DNA of 64,000 nucleotides from Candidatus Binataceae bacterium (GTDB lineage Bacteria; Desulfobacterota; Binatia; Binatales; Binataceae): NCBI GenBank assembly GCA_035493515.1, contig DATJID010000035.1, positions 43,422 to 107,421 of the forward strand, read 5' to 3'. Shown piece by piece: positions 55,588 to 64,000 of this stretch (position 1 is its first letter; each line of letters starts with the position of its first letter). The notes under the pieces were generated by a model. It saw only the letters and a program-made list of their open reading frames with translations, ran no database searches and was not told where the DNA came from. The position numbers and the translations under genes were made by a program.

Positions 55588-56412
55588 TCAGCGCGCCACG
55601 CGCGTCATGAACGTCTCGGCCTCGCGGATGAACTCGCGTTGGTCCGCGTAGCGGCCGAGATCCAGGATGAAGTATGTCGCGCCTGCCTCACGCTCGGTTT
55701 CCAGCCGGGCGCGCGCCGCTCCGACATCCTCGAGCTTGAGCCCGCGGCGCACCACGATTTCGGGCTCGGCGCGGCCGCGTGCGCGAGCCTGCTCGCGTAG
55801 CGCCGCCACGGCTGGAGCGAGCTTTTCCGCCGTCAGCATCGGATGCCATCCGTCACCGAACTCCAGCACGCGCGCTACTGCGTTGTCGCCGTTGCCGCCG
55901 ATCCAGATCGGCGGCCGCGGCGGCCGCGGCAGGAACACGATCGGCGCAAAGCGTACCAGCGCGCCATCGTAAGAGGCGACGTCGCTGGCGAACAATTGAT
56001 GCAACACCCGGAGCGTCTCCGTGGTCAACGCGCCGCGCTCTTTGGAATCGACGCCCAGCGCCTCGAACTCGCGCCGCAGCCAGCCGACACCCGTTGCGAG
56101 GATCATGCGGCCGCCCGACAATTCCTGAATCGTGGCAACCTGCTTGGCGGTAAGCACCGCCGGACGATATGGCAGCACGAGCACCGATACACCGAGGCGG
56201 ATTCGCTCGGTTGCGCCGGCGAGGAACGCGAGCGTCGCAAGCACGTCGAGATAGCGCCCGCCTGAGCCCTCGACGTCATCGGGCGGGAGCGCCAGGTGAT
56301 CGGAGACGAAGACCGCATCGAAGCCGAGTTGCTCGGCCGCGCGAGCGCAGGCAACTATCGTGTCACGAGTCGATTGCGGTCCCATGTTGCGGATCGCGAT
56401 TCCAAACTTCAT
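55588..56412 (-). CDS. LLM-class (luciferase-like) flavin/F420-dependent oxidoreductase
   Basis: MKFGIAIRNMG...FDAVFVSDHL TIM-barrel LLM signature; 274 aa. The cofactor (F420 vs FMN) cannot be decided from sequence here. Confidence 0.7.
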   Translation of the reverse strand: MKFGIAIRNMGPQSTRDTIVACARAAEQLGFDAVFVSDHLALPPDDVEGSGGRYLDVLATLAFLAGATERIRLGVSVLVLPYRPAVLTAKQVATIQELSGGRMILATGVGWLRREFEALGVDSKERGALTTETLRVLHQLFASDVASYDGALVRFAPIVFLPRPPRPPIWIGGNGDNAVARVLEFGDGWHPMLTAEKLAPAVAALREQARARGRAEPEIVVRRGLKLEDVGAARARLETEREAGATYFILDLGRYADQREFIREAETFMTRVAR

Positions 56413-56422
56413 CGCCGGATCC

Positions 56423-58099
56423 CTATTTCACTGCCTTGAGTTTGCGCCGGCCCGGCCGCTCGGCAACCAGGCGGCGCGCGGCCGCGCCGAGCGTGCCCGC
56501 GCGATGCCATCGGCTGTACTGTTCCAGCGTCAATCCACGCGCCGCCTCCAGCGCGACGGATAGCGCGGCGAGCACGCACACTTCGGCCAGCACACTTATC
56601 CTGGGCGCGAGACCGAGGACGCCGCCTTCCTGCTCGACCGGCGCATTAATCACCAGGTCGGCAAGCTGGGAAAGTTCGGAGGCCGAATTACCGGTGACCG
56701 CGATCAGTTGCGCGCCGTGCTCCTTGATCGCCATCGTGGCCTCGCACAACTCCCGCGTATTGCCGCTGTTGGAGATGGCGATCACGACGTCTTTCGGATC
56801 GACCTGGCCCAGGCTGCCGTGCAAAGTTTCGGTAGCGTGCAAGAAGGTCGCCTGCGTACCCACCGAACAGAGCAGGCTCGCGGCGTAGCGCGCGACGTGT
56901 TCGGGCTTGCCCACGCCGGTCAGATGAACGAGGCCGCCGCGCGCCTCGGCGGTGCGAATCATGTCGACCGCGGCTCGAATCTGGTTGAGGTCGATCTCGC
57001 GGCGCAGCGTTCCCAGCTCGCTCAAGCACAATTCCATGAAGCGGCTGACCTCGACCGAGGGGTCGAGCGGACCGCTCGCCTGCGGCAGCGGTTCCATCGC
57101 CGGCAGCGCCTGATCGGGCATCGCTTCGCCAAAGAGCGCGAGCACTTCGTTGCGCTCCTCCAAGCCCGATGGAAATGCGCCCAGCCGTCCCACGCAAACC
57201 GCGCCCGCCGCATTGGCGAGCGTTCCGATCGCGTGCCACGGCAGGCTCCATCGAAGTCCCGCGATCATCGCGCCCATGAATGCGTCGCCCGCGCCGGTCG
57301 TATCGACCACTTTGACCGCGAACGCCGGCAGCTTGAGCGCGGTCCCGCCGGCGGCGGCGATCGCGCATCCGCGCTCGCCGTCGGTGACGACCACGGCCTG
57401 GCTCTGGTAGCGTGCGCGCATCGCCTGGGCAAGCTTCAAAGTGTCGCGGCCCGCGCCCATCAAGGCTCGCGCTGCGCAACGGGCAGGCTTGAGAATCGTC
57501 GCCAGCCGAAGCGCGCGCTCCAGTTCGGCGCGAGTGCCGAGCGCGGGACACGCGTCGGCGGGGGGTAAATCGACGTCGAGCACGGTCGGGATTGAGTTGG
57601 CGCGGGCGAACAGCAGCAGGGCGATGACGGTGCGCAGGGGAAGCTGCGAGATTTCGGTCGAGATCATGCGCGCCCGACCGATGAAACCTGCGTGGCGCCG
57701 GCGAATCTCGTCGGGCGCAAGTTCGGCAGTAGCTCCACGCGCCATGTAGATTGCGCGGCCGCCGCGCGCGTCGACGAAAATCTTGGCGAACGAGCTGGCC
57801 GAGCCGTCGGTGGTCAGGTGATGGCGAATGCCCAGCTGATCCATCGCGCGGCACAGGAACTCGCCGTTGCGGTCGGTGCCGATTTTGCCGAACGCGCCGA
57901 CCTCGAGTCCCAACACGCGCGCCCATCCGAGATGATTCAGAACCAGGCCGCCGGCCGCCGCTCGCTCCATCCGGCCGCCGGCGCCATGATGCGCGTGGAG
58001 CGCGATTTTCTGATCGGCGCGGACGAACTTCGGCGTGCGGTAGAACAAATCCACCACCATGCTGCCGCAGCCGGCGAGGTCGAGTTTCGCCTCAGCCAT
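56423..58099 (-). CDS. bifunctional PfkB-family sugar kinase (N-term) :: SIS-domain sugar-phosphate isomerase (C-term) fusion
   Basis: PfkB motifs (GGRMERAAAGG..., DTTGAGDAFMGAMIAGL), then an SIS domain (VHLTGVGKPEHVARY...VVIAISNSGNTRE). Overlaps the upstream aldolase gene by 8 nt. Confidence 0.75.
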   Translation of the reverse strand: MAEAKLDLAGCGSMVVDLFYRTPKFVRADQKIALHAHHGAGGRMERAAAGGLVLNHLGWARVLGLEVGAFGKIGTDRNGEFLCRAMDQLGIRHHLTTDGSASSFAKIFVDARGGRAIYMARGATAELAPDEIRRRHAGFIGRARMISTEISQLPLRTVIALLLFARANSIPTVLDVDLPPADACPALGTRAELERALRLATILKPARCAARALMGAGRDTLKLAQAMRARYQSQAVVVTDGERGCAIAAAGGTALKLPAFAVKVVDTTGAGDAFMGAMIAGLRWSLPWHAIGTLANAAGAVCVGRLGAFPSGLEERNEVLALFGEAMPDQALPAMEPLPQASGPLDPSVEVSRFMELCLSELGTLRREIDLNQIRAAVDMIRTAEARGGLVHLTGVGKPEHVARYAASLLCSVGTQATFLHATETLHGSLGQVDPKDVVIAISNSGNTRELCEATMAIKEHGAQLIAVTGNSASELSQLADLVINAPVEQEGGVLGLAPRISVLAEVCVLAALSVALEAARGLTLEQYSRWHRAGTLGAAARRLVAERPGRRKLKAVK

Positions 58100-59276
58100 C
58101 CTTCAGCGCGCGTCTCGCCTGCGGGCGCTCCGCGTCGGCCTCGCTGAGCCATCCGGGCTCGAGCAGGGCGGCCGCGCGCCGGCGCAGGGCTTTGAAACGG
58201 CGGGCGAACTCGCGCCGCTCGCCGTTGCTGAACGCAGGCGTTCCCGGTGCCAGCGCTTCACTGCGGCACACGCCCATCTCGACCAGCGCCGCCTTGAGGC
58301 AGGCGAGGGTGGGGCGGAAGCTCCGGCCGCCACGGTTGAACTCACACGCGGCGCGGAACTCCTCAAGCACCTGCGAGTAGCGATGCATCAGGGCGCCGTC
58401 GCCGTTGCGGCACACGCGGAGAGCCCGCTGCCACTCGCGCGGCATCGCATTGCTCGGCCCCGCGACGATTCCGTAGGGCAGCGAATCGCGCGTCCAGTAA
58501 CGGTTCCAGTAATGCCGGGTCCATCCGCGCGCGCCTGCGGGCGGCGCGAACAGATCGAAGATGAGGTATGGATCGCCGGCGTAGATTGCGAAATCGCCGC
58601 CGCGGTTGAAGTGCGACGCCGCGCGCGTATAGTTGCCCAGCACCGCCTTGCCCGCCGTGACCTTGACCCCGCGCACATACTCCATCCGGCTCATCTGCTT
58701 TACATCGCGCGTATGCATATGGGGCGCGTGGCCAGGCGCTGAAATCTCTGCGTTATCGTAGAGGAAAACCGGGATGCGCCGCCGGGCGCGCTCGAATAGT
58801 GCGTTGATCTCGCGATTGACGAAGCCGACTGGATCCTCCGAGTCGCGAATCGAAAGCGGCGCGACCACTACAGCCTCGGCGTCGAGGTCCAGCGCATATT
58901 CGAGATTCTCCAGCGTCTCGTTACGCGTATGGCCGGTGATGCCGACCCACGCTTCAACCGCGGCCTCTGCCTCGCCAATGCGGCGGCATTCGTCAACCAC
59001 CACGCGTGCGATTTGCTGGCGGCGCGGATTATCGAGTTTGTCCCACTCGCCGGTGGTGCCGGCGGCGAAGATGATGTTCGCGCCGTTGCCGTTCTGCACC
59101 GCCCAGCGCACGACCGCGCGCTGTTCGTCCTCGAGCACCTCGCCGGCGCGGTCGAGGATAGTCACGACCGGCACCGACAGACCCGCGTTGGGCACGTAGC
59201 GACGCGCCTCAGGCTCGCCCGCGTGGCGTGCCGTTTGCCGCCGTCCGACAAGTTTCAGTGGCCGTTTGTTCGTCAT
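58092..59276 (-). CDS. DHDPS/N-acetylneuraminate-lyase family class I aldolase with ~100 aa C-terminal extension
   Basis: VPVVTILDRAGEVLEDEQRAVVRWAVQNGNGANIIFAAGTTGEW DapA-family N-terminus; putative Schiff-base Lys in GVKVTAGKA. Confidence 0.65.
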   Translation of the reverse strand: MTNKRPLKLVGRRQTARHAGEPEARRYVPNAGLSVPVVTILDRAGEVLEDEQRAVVRWAVQNGNGANIIFAAGTTGEWDKLDNPRRQQIARVVVDECRRIGEAEAAVEAWVGITGHTRNETLENLEYALDLDAEAVVVAPLSIRDSEDPVGFVNREINALFERARRRIPVFLYDNAEISAPGHAPHMHTRDVKQMSRMEYVRGVKVTAGKAVLGNYTRAASHFNRGGDFAIYAGDPYLIFDLFAPPAGARGWTRHYWNRYWTRDSLPYGIVAGPSNAMPREWQRALRVCRNGDGALMHRYSQVLEEFRAACEFNRGGRSFRPTLACLKAALVEMGVCRSEALAPGTPAFSNGERREFARRFKALRRRAAALLEPGWLSEADAERPQARRALKDG

Positions 59277-59366
59277 CTGTTCGTCGTCCAGTATATGCCG
59301 TCCCGCCTCGTGATCGAAAAGAGCGCGGAGAAATCCTACCGCGCAAAAAACCGCGAAGGCCCGGGA

Positions 59367-60125
59367 TTACAGAATCCCCAGGCCCAGCCGTGTAACGAAC
59401 GTCTGATTCCCCTCCCTATCCGCACTATACTTGCTAAGCTGGGCCTCAATACGCAAACGGTAGTTGCCGTCCTTGGATTGCGCGCCCTCGGGCATATTGT
59501 TGCCCCATAGCGAGGCCTTACAGGCGGCGATGACGAAGTTGTCGATCGCGGCCAACCCGGAATGCTGCTGGTAGATCAGTTCTTTCAGTTGGCCCCGGTC
59601 GTCGAGAACGGCAGTCAGGGTCACCGGCCTGATCTCCTCTGACAACTCCAAGGACACTATCGGCTCCTGTTTCTCCTGCCTGACCATCTCGCTCAGCAAC
59701 TGCGTGAGCATCATGTTGGAGAAGCCCGTGTACTCGGCCGCCTTGGCATTAAGCAGCCGTATCTGCGTATGCGGAATCAAGGTCTCCGCATAGCGCGGGG
59801 ATGCGGGATCATCCAGATACAGCCGGCGCAGGGTGGAGGGCGTGTCCTGACCCATACCATGCGCGACCGCCGCACTCTCGTCCTTGGAAGGATCGGATTT
59901 CAGCACTTTCGCAGCCGTGTTGAGCGAGGCGGCGTCGGTCTCGCGAGACGACAGCTGTGTGAGATTCGTGATTACATGGGGTGAGCCGGAGGCCTCGGGC
60001 GGCGGCGGGGGCGAGGATGGAATTCGAGCGGCAGGAGCGTTGGACTGTGCTCGCGATGAGCATCCGGCGACGGCTGCGGCGAGCATCGCAGCGCAGATTA
60101 TCGCGACGACACCCATGGTGCCCAT
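59367..60125 (-). CDS. lipoprotein of unknown function
   Basis: Signal peptide with lipobox (MGTMGVVAIICAAMLAAAVAGCSS). Pro-rich spacer (PSSPPPPPEAS), then a ~200 aa domain. ATG at 60125. Confidence 0.5.
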   Translation of the reverse strand: MGTMGVVAIICAAMLAAAVAGCSSRAQSNAPAARIPSSPPPPPEASGSPHVITNLTQLSSRETDAASLNTAAKVLKSDPSKDESAAVAHGMGQDTPSTLRRLYLDDPASPRYAETLIPHTQIRLLNAKAAEYTGFSNMMLTQLLSEMVRQEKQEPIVSLELSEEIRPVTLTAVLDDRGQLKELIYQQHSGLAAIDNFVIAACKASLWGNNMPEGAQSKDGNYRLRIEAQLSKYSADREGNQTFVTRLGLGIL

Positions 60126-60418
60126 CGTCTTGCCCGCGCTCGGATGAGCGCGGGCCGGGAACATAAAATATCGCGTGGCCCGGTATCTCATAGCCGTCCA
60201 GACGGAGAAGTAAAAATCGCGCATTCAAAGCGCGACCCATATAAGCCGAGAGAAGCGCATGAGTTTAATATTGAAACGGCGAATTGACAATGACAAAGCG
60301 CCAATTCGTGGTTATCTTGGGCTCAGGTCAGCGGGCGATGGTTGCAAAGCCTGCGTATTGCAGGTGAATTGAGTGACCTGCCGCCTGGTGGTAGACTGCT
60401 GCGAAGAAAAGGAAGCCA

Positions 60419-60625
60419 ATGAAACCCGGAATCCATCCCGAATACCATCGATGCGTAGTTACTTGCGCCTGCGGCAACACGTTCGAGACGCGCTCGACGG
60501 TCAATCAACTGCAGGTCGAAGTCTGCTCGAATTGCCACCCCTTCTATACCGGCACGCAGCGGCTGGTCGATACGGCTGGCCGGATCGAGCGTTTCAATCG
60601 CAAGTACGGTCGTAAAGAAGCATAG
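60419..60625 (+). CDS. rpmE: 50S ribosomal protein L31
   Basis: [27 protein letters not shown]...[10 protein letters not shown] is L31 with a zinc ribbon. Confidence 0.9.
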   Translation: MKPGIHPEYHRCVVTCACGNTFETRSTVNQLQVEVCSNCHPFYTGTQRLVDTAGRIERFNRKYGRKEA

Positions 60626-60776
60626 CAACCTCCGCTGCCCGCGGCGCACTGCGATGCGTCCGGGTGGGCGGGGGATCGGTCCTTGATGGCGCGGCTCGCC
60701 CACACAATGGTAGCCGCGCCAAATTTTTGTCCGCTGCGGGTGCTGAACCCGCGCGCCTCTACGAGTTAGGTTGCCG

Positions 60777-61838
60777 ATGCTCGACAAGCTCAAGGGAATC
60801 GAAGAGCGTTTCGCCGAACTGGAACGGCGCATCAGCGATCCGGCGGTAATCGCCAACAACCGCGAATACGCCCAGCTCGCTCGCGAGCGCTCCTCGCTGA
60901 TGGAAGTGATCGGCACCATCCGCGAGTACCGCCGCACGCTCGACGACATCGCGGAGCATCGCGCGCTGCTCGAGGGCGACGACGAAGACCTGCGCGAACT
61001 GGCCAAGGGCGAACTGCCGACGCTGCAAAAACGCCAGAGCGAGCTGGAAGAGAAAATCAAGCTGCTGATCACGCCACGCGATCCCAACGACGATCGCAAC
61101 GTGCTGCTCGAGATTCGCGCCGGCACCGGCGGCGAGGAAGCTTCGCTCTTCGCCAATGAGCTGTTCCGGATGTACACCCGGTACGCCGAACGCCATCGAT
61201 GGAAAGTCGAGTCGCTCAGCCTCAGCACCACGGGCTTGGGCGGTATAAAGGAAGTGATCGCCCTCATCGCGGGCCGCGGTGCATATAGCCGGCTCAAATT
61301 CGAGGGCGGGGTGCATCGCGTACAGCGCGTGCCCGCCACCGAAGGCTCGGGGCGTATACACACCTCCGCAGTGACTGTCGCGGTGATGCCCGAAGCTGAC
61401 GACGTCGAGGTCAACATCAACGAGGAAAAAGACCTGCGAATCGACGTGATGCGCGCCTCGGGACCCGGCGGCCAGAGCGTGAATACCACCGACTCGGCTG
61501 TGCGCATCACGCACATCCCGACCGGGATGGTGATCGTTTGCCGCGACGAAAAATCGCAGCACAAGAACAAGGCCCGCGCGCTTAAAATCCTGCGCTCGCG
61601 CCTGTTCGAAGCGGCGCAAGCCGAGCAGGACGCCAAGATGGCCGCCACCCGCAAATCGATGGTCGGCACGGGCGACCGCTCCGAGCGTATTCGCACCTAC
61701 AATTTTCCGCAGTCCCGCGTGACCGACCATCGCGTCAACCTGACGCTCCATCAACTCGACCAGGTGCTCGACGGCGCGATCGACCCGCTCATCGACGCGC
61801 TGGCCACGCGCGAGCAGGCCGAAGCGCTGAGCACGTGA
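60777..61838 (+). CDS. prfA: peptide chain release factor 1
   Basis: GGQ motif ([23 protein letters not shown]) and the PxT-region context. rpmE-prfA-prmC order is conserved. Confidence 0.9.
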   Translation: MLDKLKGIEERFAELERRISDPAVIANNREYAQLARERSSLMEVIGTIREYRRTLDDIAEHRALLEGDDEDLRELAKGELPTLQKRQSELEEKIKLLITPRDPNDDRNVLLEIRAGTGGEEASLFANELFRMYTRYAERHRWKVESLSLSTTGLGGIKEVIALIAGRGAYSRLKFEGGVHRVQRVPATEGSGRIHTSAVTVAVMPEADDVEVNINEEKDLRIDVMRASGPGGQSVNTTDSAVRITHIPTGMVIVCRDEKSQHKNKARALKILRSRLFEAAQAEQDAKMAATRKSMVGTGDRSERIRTYNFPQSRVTDHRVNLTLHQLDQVLDGAIDPLIDALATREQAEALST

Positions 61839-62785
61839 AGCCGATGGCGCCCCAAGATGTAGCTCGGCCGCCTTTGGACGCGCGCGAGGGCGCGGCGGCG
61901 ATCGCAAACGCGAGCACGCATCTGGCCTGCGCCGGCGTTGAGAACCCGCGGCTGGACGCCGAATTGCTGATGGCCGCGGCTGCGGGCATCCCGCGCGCGG
62001 CGGTTATCGCCGGCTATCCATCTATCGAGGCGGAGGTTATGGCGCGCTTCGAGCGGATGGTCGGGCGGCGCAGCGAGCGCGAACCGCTCGCCTATATCGT
62101 CGGCCATCGAGAGTTTTACTCACTCGAATTCGTGGTTCGTCTCGGGGTGCTGATCCCGCGTCCGGAGACCGAGACCGTGGTCGAGGCCGCGCTGGGTTTT
62201 CTGCGCGAATGGCCCGCTGCGAAGGTACTTGACATCGGCACTGGGTCGGGCGCAATCGCGATCGCGATCGCCGCGAATGCGCCCGAGGCACAAATCGTTG
62301 CTATCGATATATCTAACGTGTCGCTTGAGGTTGCTGGAGAAAATGCACGGCGCCACGGATGCGCCGGCCGGATCGCTTTTGTCGAAGCCGATTATGCCGC
62401 GCTCGATGCGCGTGCGCTGCCATTCGCTTCCTTCGATCTGATCGTCTCGAATCCGCCGTATATCACCAAGGCCGAACTTCCCGCGCTGGCGCCCGAGGTG
62501 CGCGACTTCGAACCGCGGCTGGCGCTCGACGGCGGTGTCGACGGGATGGAGTTCTATCGCAAGATCGCCGCCGGCCTCGCACGATGGCTCGCCCCTCAAG
62601 GTGAAGTGATACTTGAAGTAGGTGCGGGGCAGGCTGAAGCGGTCGAGGCGATAATCGTTGAGGCGATGAGGATCGAAGCCAGGTCAATCGAAGCCGGTAC
62701 GCGCGCGGCTCGACGCGCCGCGTGTGCGCGCCTGCGCGACCTCGCGGGCATCGAGCGAGTGGTTCGCGTCCGCCGCGTCCTCTAG
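61835..62785 (+). CDS. prmC: release factor glutamine N5-methyltransferase
   Basis: NPPY motif ([14 protein letters not shown]), SAM motif I ([12 protein letters not shown]). Start overlaps the prfA stop (GTG 61835 / ATG 61844). Confidence 0.85.
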   Translation: MKPMAPQDVARPPLDAREGAAAIANASTHLACAGVENPRLDAELLMAAAAGIPRAAVIAGYPSIEAEVMARFERMVGRRSEREPLAYIVGHREFYSLEFVVRLGVLIPRPETETVVEAALGFLREWPAAKVLDIGTGSGAIAIAIAANAPEAQIVAIDISNVSLEVAGENARRHGCAGRIAFVEADYAALDARALPFASFDLIVSNPPYITKAELPALAPEVRDFEPRLALDGGVDGMEFYRKIAAGLARWLAPQGEVILEVGAGQAEAVEAIIVEAMRIEARSIEAGTRAARRAACARLRDLAGIERVVRVRRVL

Positions 62786-62998
62786 TCCGGCGCCCGCCGC
62801 GCGCGATGCTCGCGGGGCGACCCGCCGGCGACGCGGGACCCAACGAGGCTCGCCTGGATTCGGACCGTTCGTTGTCGCGCATTCCCCGCGCACACCCTAT
62901 AATACTGACGCTCTGAAATCCGACGGCGCTGAGGCGCGGGCGCGCACGGGTCGGCGCGAGCCGCGACTCAACGGCCCGGGGGGAAATCACATCTTTAA

Positions 62999-64000
62999 AT
63001 GGACAAGATGATCATCCGCGGCGGCGCGCCGCTTCGCGGTGCGGTGGATCTTTCCGGCAGCAAGAACGCCGCGCTGCCGTGCCTGATGGCCGCGTTGCTG
63101 ACCGACGAGCCGGTGCTGATCCATAACGTCCCGCGCCTGCGCGACGTGCGAACGTCGATCGATCTGCTCGGACGCCTGGGCGTAGCGGCGCGCTGGGCCG
63201 GCGACCATGACGTCGAACTGCATGCCCGCGCCCTCACTTCGCACGAAGCGCCCTACGATCTGGTCAAGACCATGCGCGCGTCGTTCCTGGTGCTGGGTCC
63301 GCTGCTCGCGCGCAGCGGGCGGGCACGGGTTTCGACCCCGGGCGGATGCGCGATCGGCGCGCGACCGATCAACCTGCATATCGCCGGGATGCGGATGTTC
63401 GGTGCGCGCCTCCAGATGCGCCACGGCTACGTCGAGGCGCACGCCGCGAATCTACGCGGGGCGCGCGTGTGGCTCGACTCGCCCTCGGTCGGCGCCACCG
63501 AGAACATTATGATGGCCGCGGTGCGCGCGCGCGGCCGTACTTCGATCGAGAACGCGGCTCGCGAGCCCGAGGTGCAGGACCTGGCGCGGATGTTGACCGC
63601 GATGGGCGCGCGAATCTCCGGCGCCGGCAGCCACGTGATCGAAATCGAAGGCGTCGAGCGCCTCGGCGGCGCGGAGCATACGGTGATTCCCGACCGTATC
63701 GAAGCCGGCTCGCTGATGATCGCGGCGGCGGTGACCGGCGGCGACGTGGTGGTGCGCGGTGCGCCGATAGAGCATCTGGAAGCGGTCATCGCCAAGCTCA
63801 AGGAGGCGGGCGTCACGGTCGAGCCGGTCGCCGGCGGATTGCGGGTTGCGCGCGGCGCGGCGCTGCGGCCGGTCGAATTGCGCACGCTCCCGTATCCCGG
63901 CTTTCCCACCGACCTGCAGGCGCAGATGATGGCGCTGTTGACGCAGGCCGCCGGAACCTCGGTCATCACCGAGACCATCTTCGAGAATCGTTTCATGCAC
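62999..64000 (+). CDS. murA: UDP-N-acetylglucosamine 1-carboxyvinyltransferase (3' partial, runs off window)
   Basis: MDKMIIRGGAPLRGAVDLSGSKNAALP aligns with E. coli MurA [27 protein letters not shown]. The window ends in FENRFMH (MurA FENRFMHV). Not in the track because there is no stop in-window. Confidence 0.85.
   Translation, partial: MDKMIIRGGAPLRGAVDLSGSKNAALPCLMAALLTDEPVLIHNVPRLRDVRTSIDLLGRLGVAARWAGDHDVELHARALTSHEAPYDLVKTMRASFLVLGPLLARSGRARVSTPGGCAIGARPINLHIAGMRMFGARLQMRHGYVEAHAANLRGARVWLDSPSVGATENIMMAAVRARGRTSIENAAREPEVQDLARMLTAMGARISGAGSHVIEIEGVERLGGAEHTVIPDRIEAGSLMIAAAVTGGDVVVRGAPIEHLEAVIAKLKEAGVTVEPVAGGLRVARGAALRPVELRTLPYPGFPTDLQAQMMALLTQAAGTSVITETIFENRFMH

Noticed and set aside
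62463-62990. 175-aa minus ORF between prmC and murA
   Set aside because: Overlaps the 3' end of prmC antisense and is Arg/Pro-rich. The intergenic region more plausibly holds the murA promoter.

Overview
High-GC bacterial chromosomal window, probably from a didermic (Gram-negative-type) organism given the LptE-like, MlaDEF, DegP and sigma-54/NtrC genes. I cannot assign a taxon from sequence alone.

The first ~23 kb and last ~4 kb are housekeeping genes with clear family-level identities: metF-like MTHFR, folE, rpiA, glycerate kinase, IDH-family dehydrogenase, a molybdopterin oxidoreductase, glpD, nth, yceD-rpmF-plsX-fabD-acpP, nrdR-ribD-ribBA-nusB, an LptE-like lipoprotein, mlaDEF, an NtrC-type two-component pair, DedA, nadA, rpmE-prfA-prmC-murA.

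The middle of the window (about 23.3-59.3 kb) looks accessory. It holds:
- a MetE-like Zn-methyltransferase::SAM-methyltransferase fusion whose N-terminus carries an in-frame 9-bp simple-sequence repeat;
- an NrtR-like Nudix regulator near nadA;
- two tandem paralogs of a large secreted protein family (unrecognised N-terminal domain, Pro/Thr linker, putative-Ig C-terminal domain), flanking a visibly AT-richer ~1.7 kb island;
- inside that island, a 43-codon Flp/Tad-type prepilin gene absent from the supplied ORF track, with no tad machinery nearby;
- a third large secreted protein with a (V/I)TPTPD linker encoded by near-perfect 18-bp tandem DNA repeats;
- an array of seven 12-bp tandem repeats with a palindromic TTCCGGAA core in a 1.1 kb intergenic region;
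- DegP/HtrA, a BtuF-like binding protein, and two family-III CoA-transferases with an aminotransferase, a hydrolase, a ClC channel and an ADH;
- a signalling module: double-FHA membrane protein, Zn-ribbon/TM2 protein, Ser/Thr kinase with a BON domain, PHP phosphoesterase;
- a minus-strand operon: DHDPS/NAL-family aldolase, PfkB-kinase::SIS-isomerase fusion, LLM (F420-type) oxidoreductase.

No rRNA, tRNA or CRISPR array could be supported. Many long antisense ORFs in the track are high-GC artefacts.
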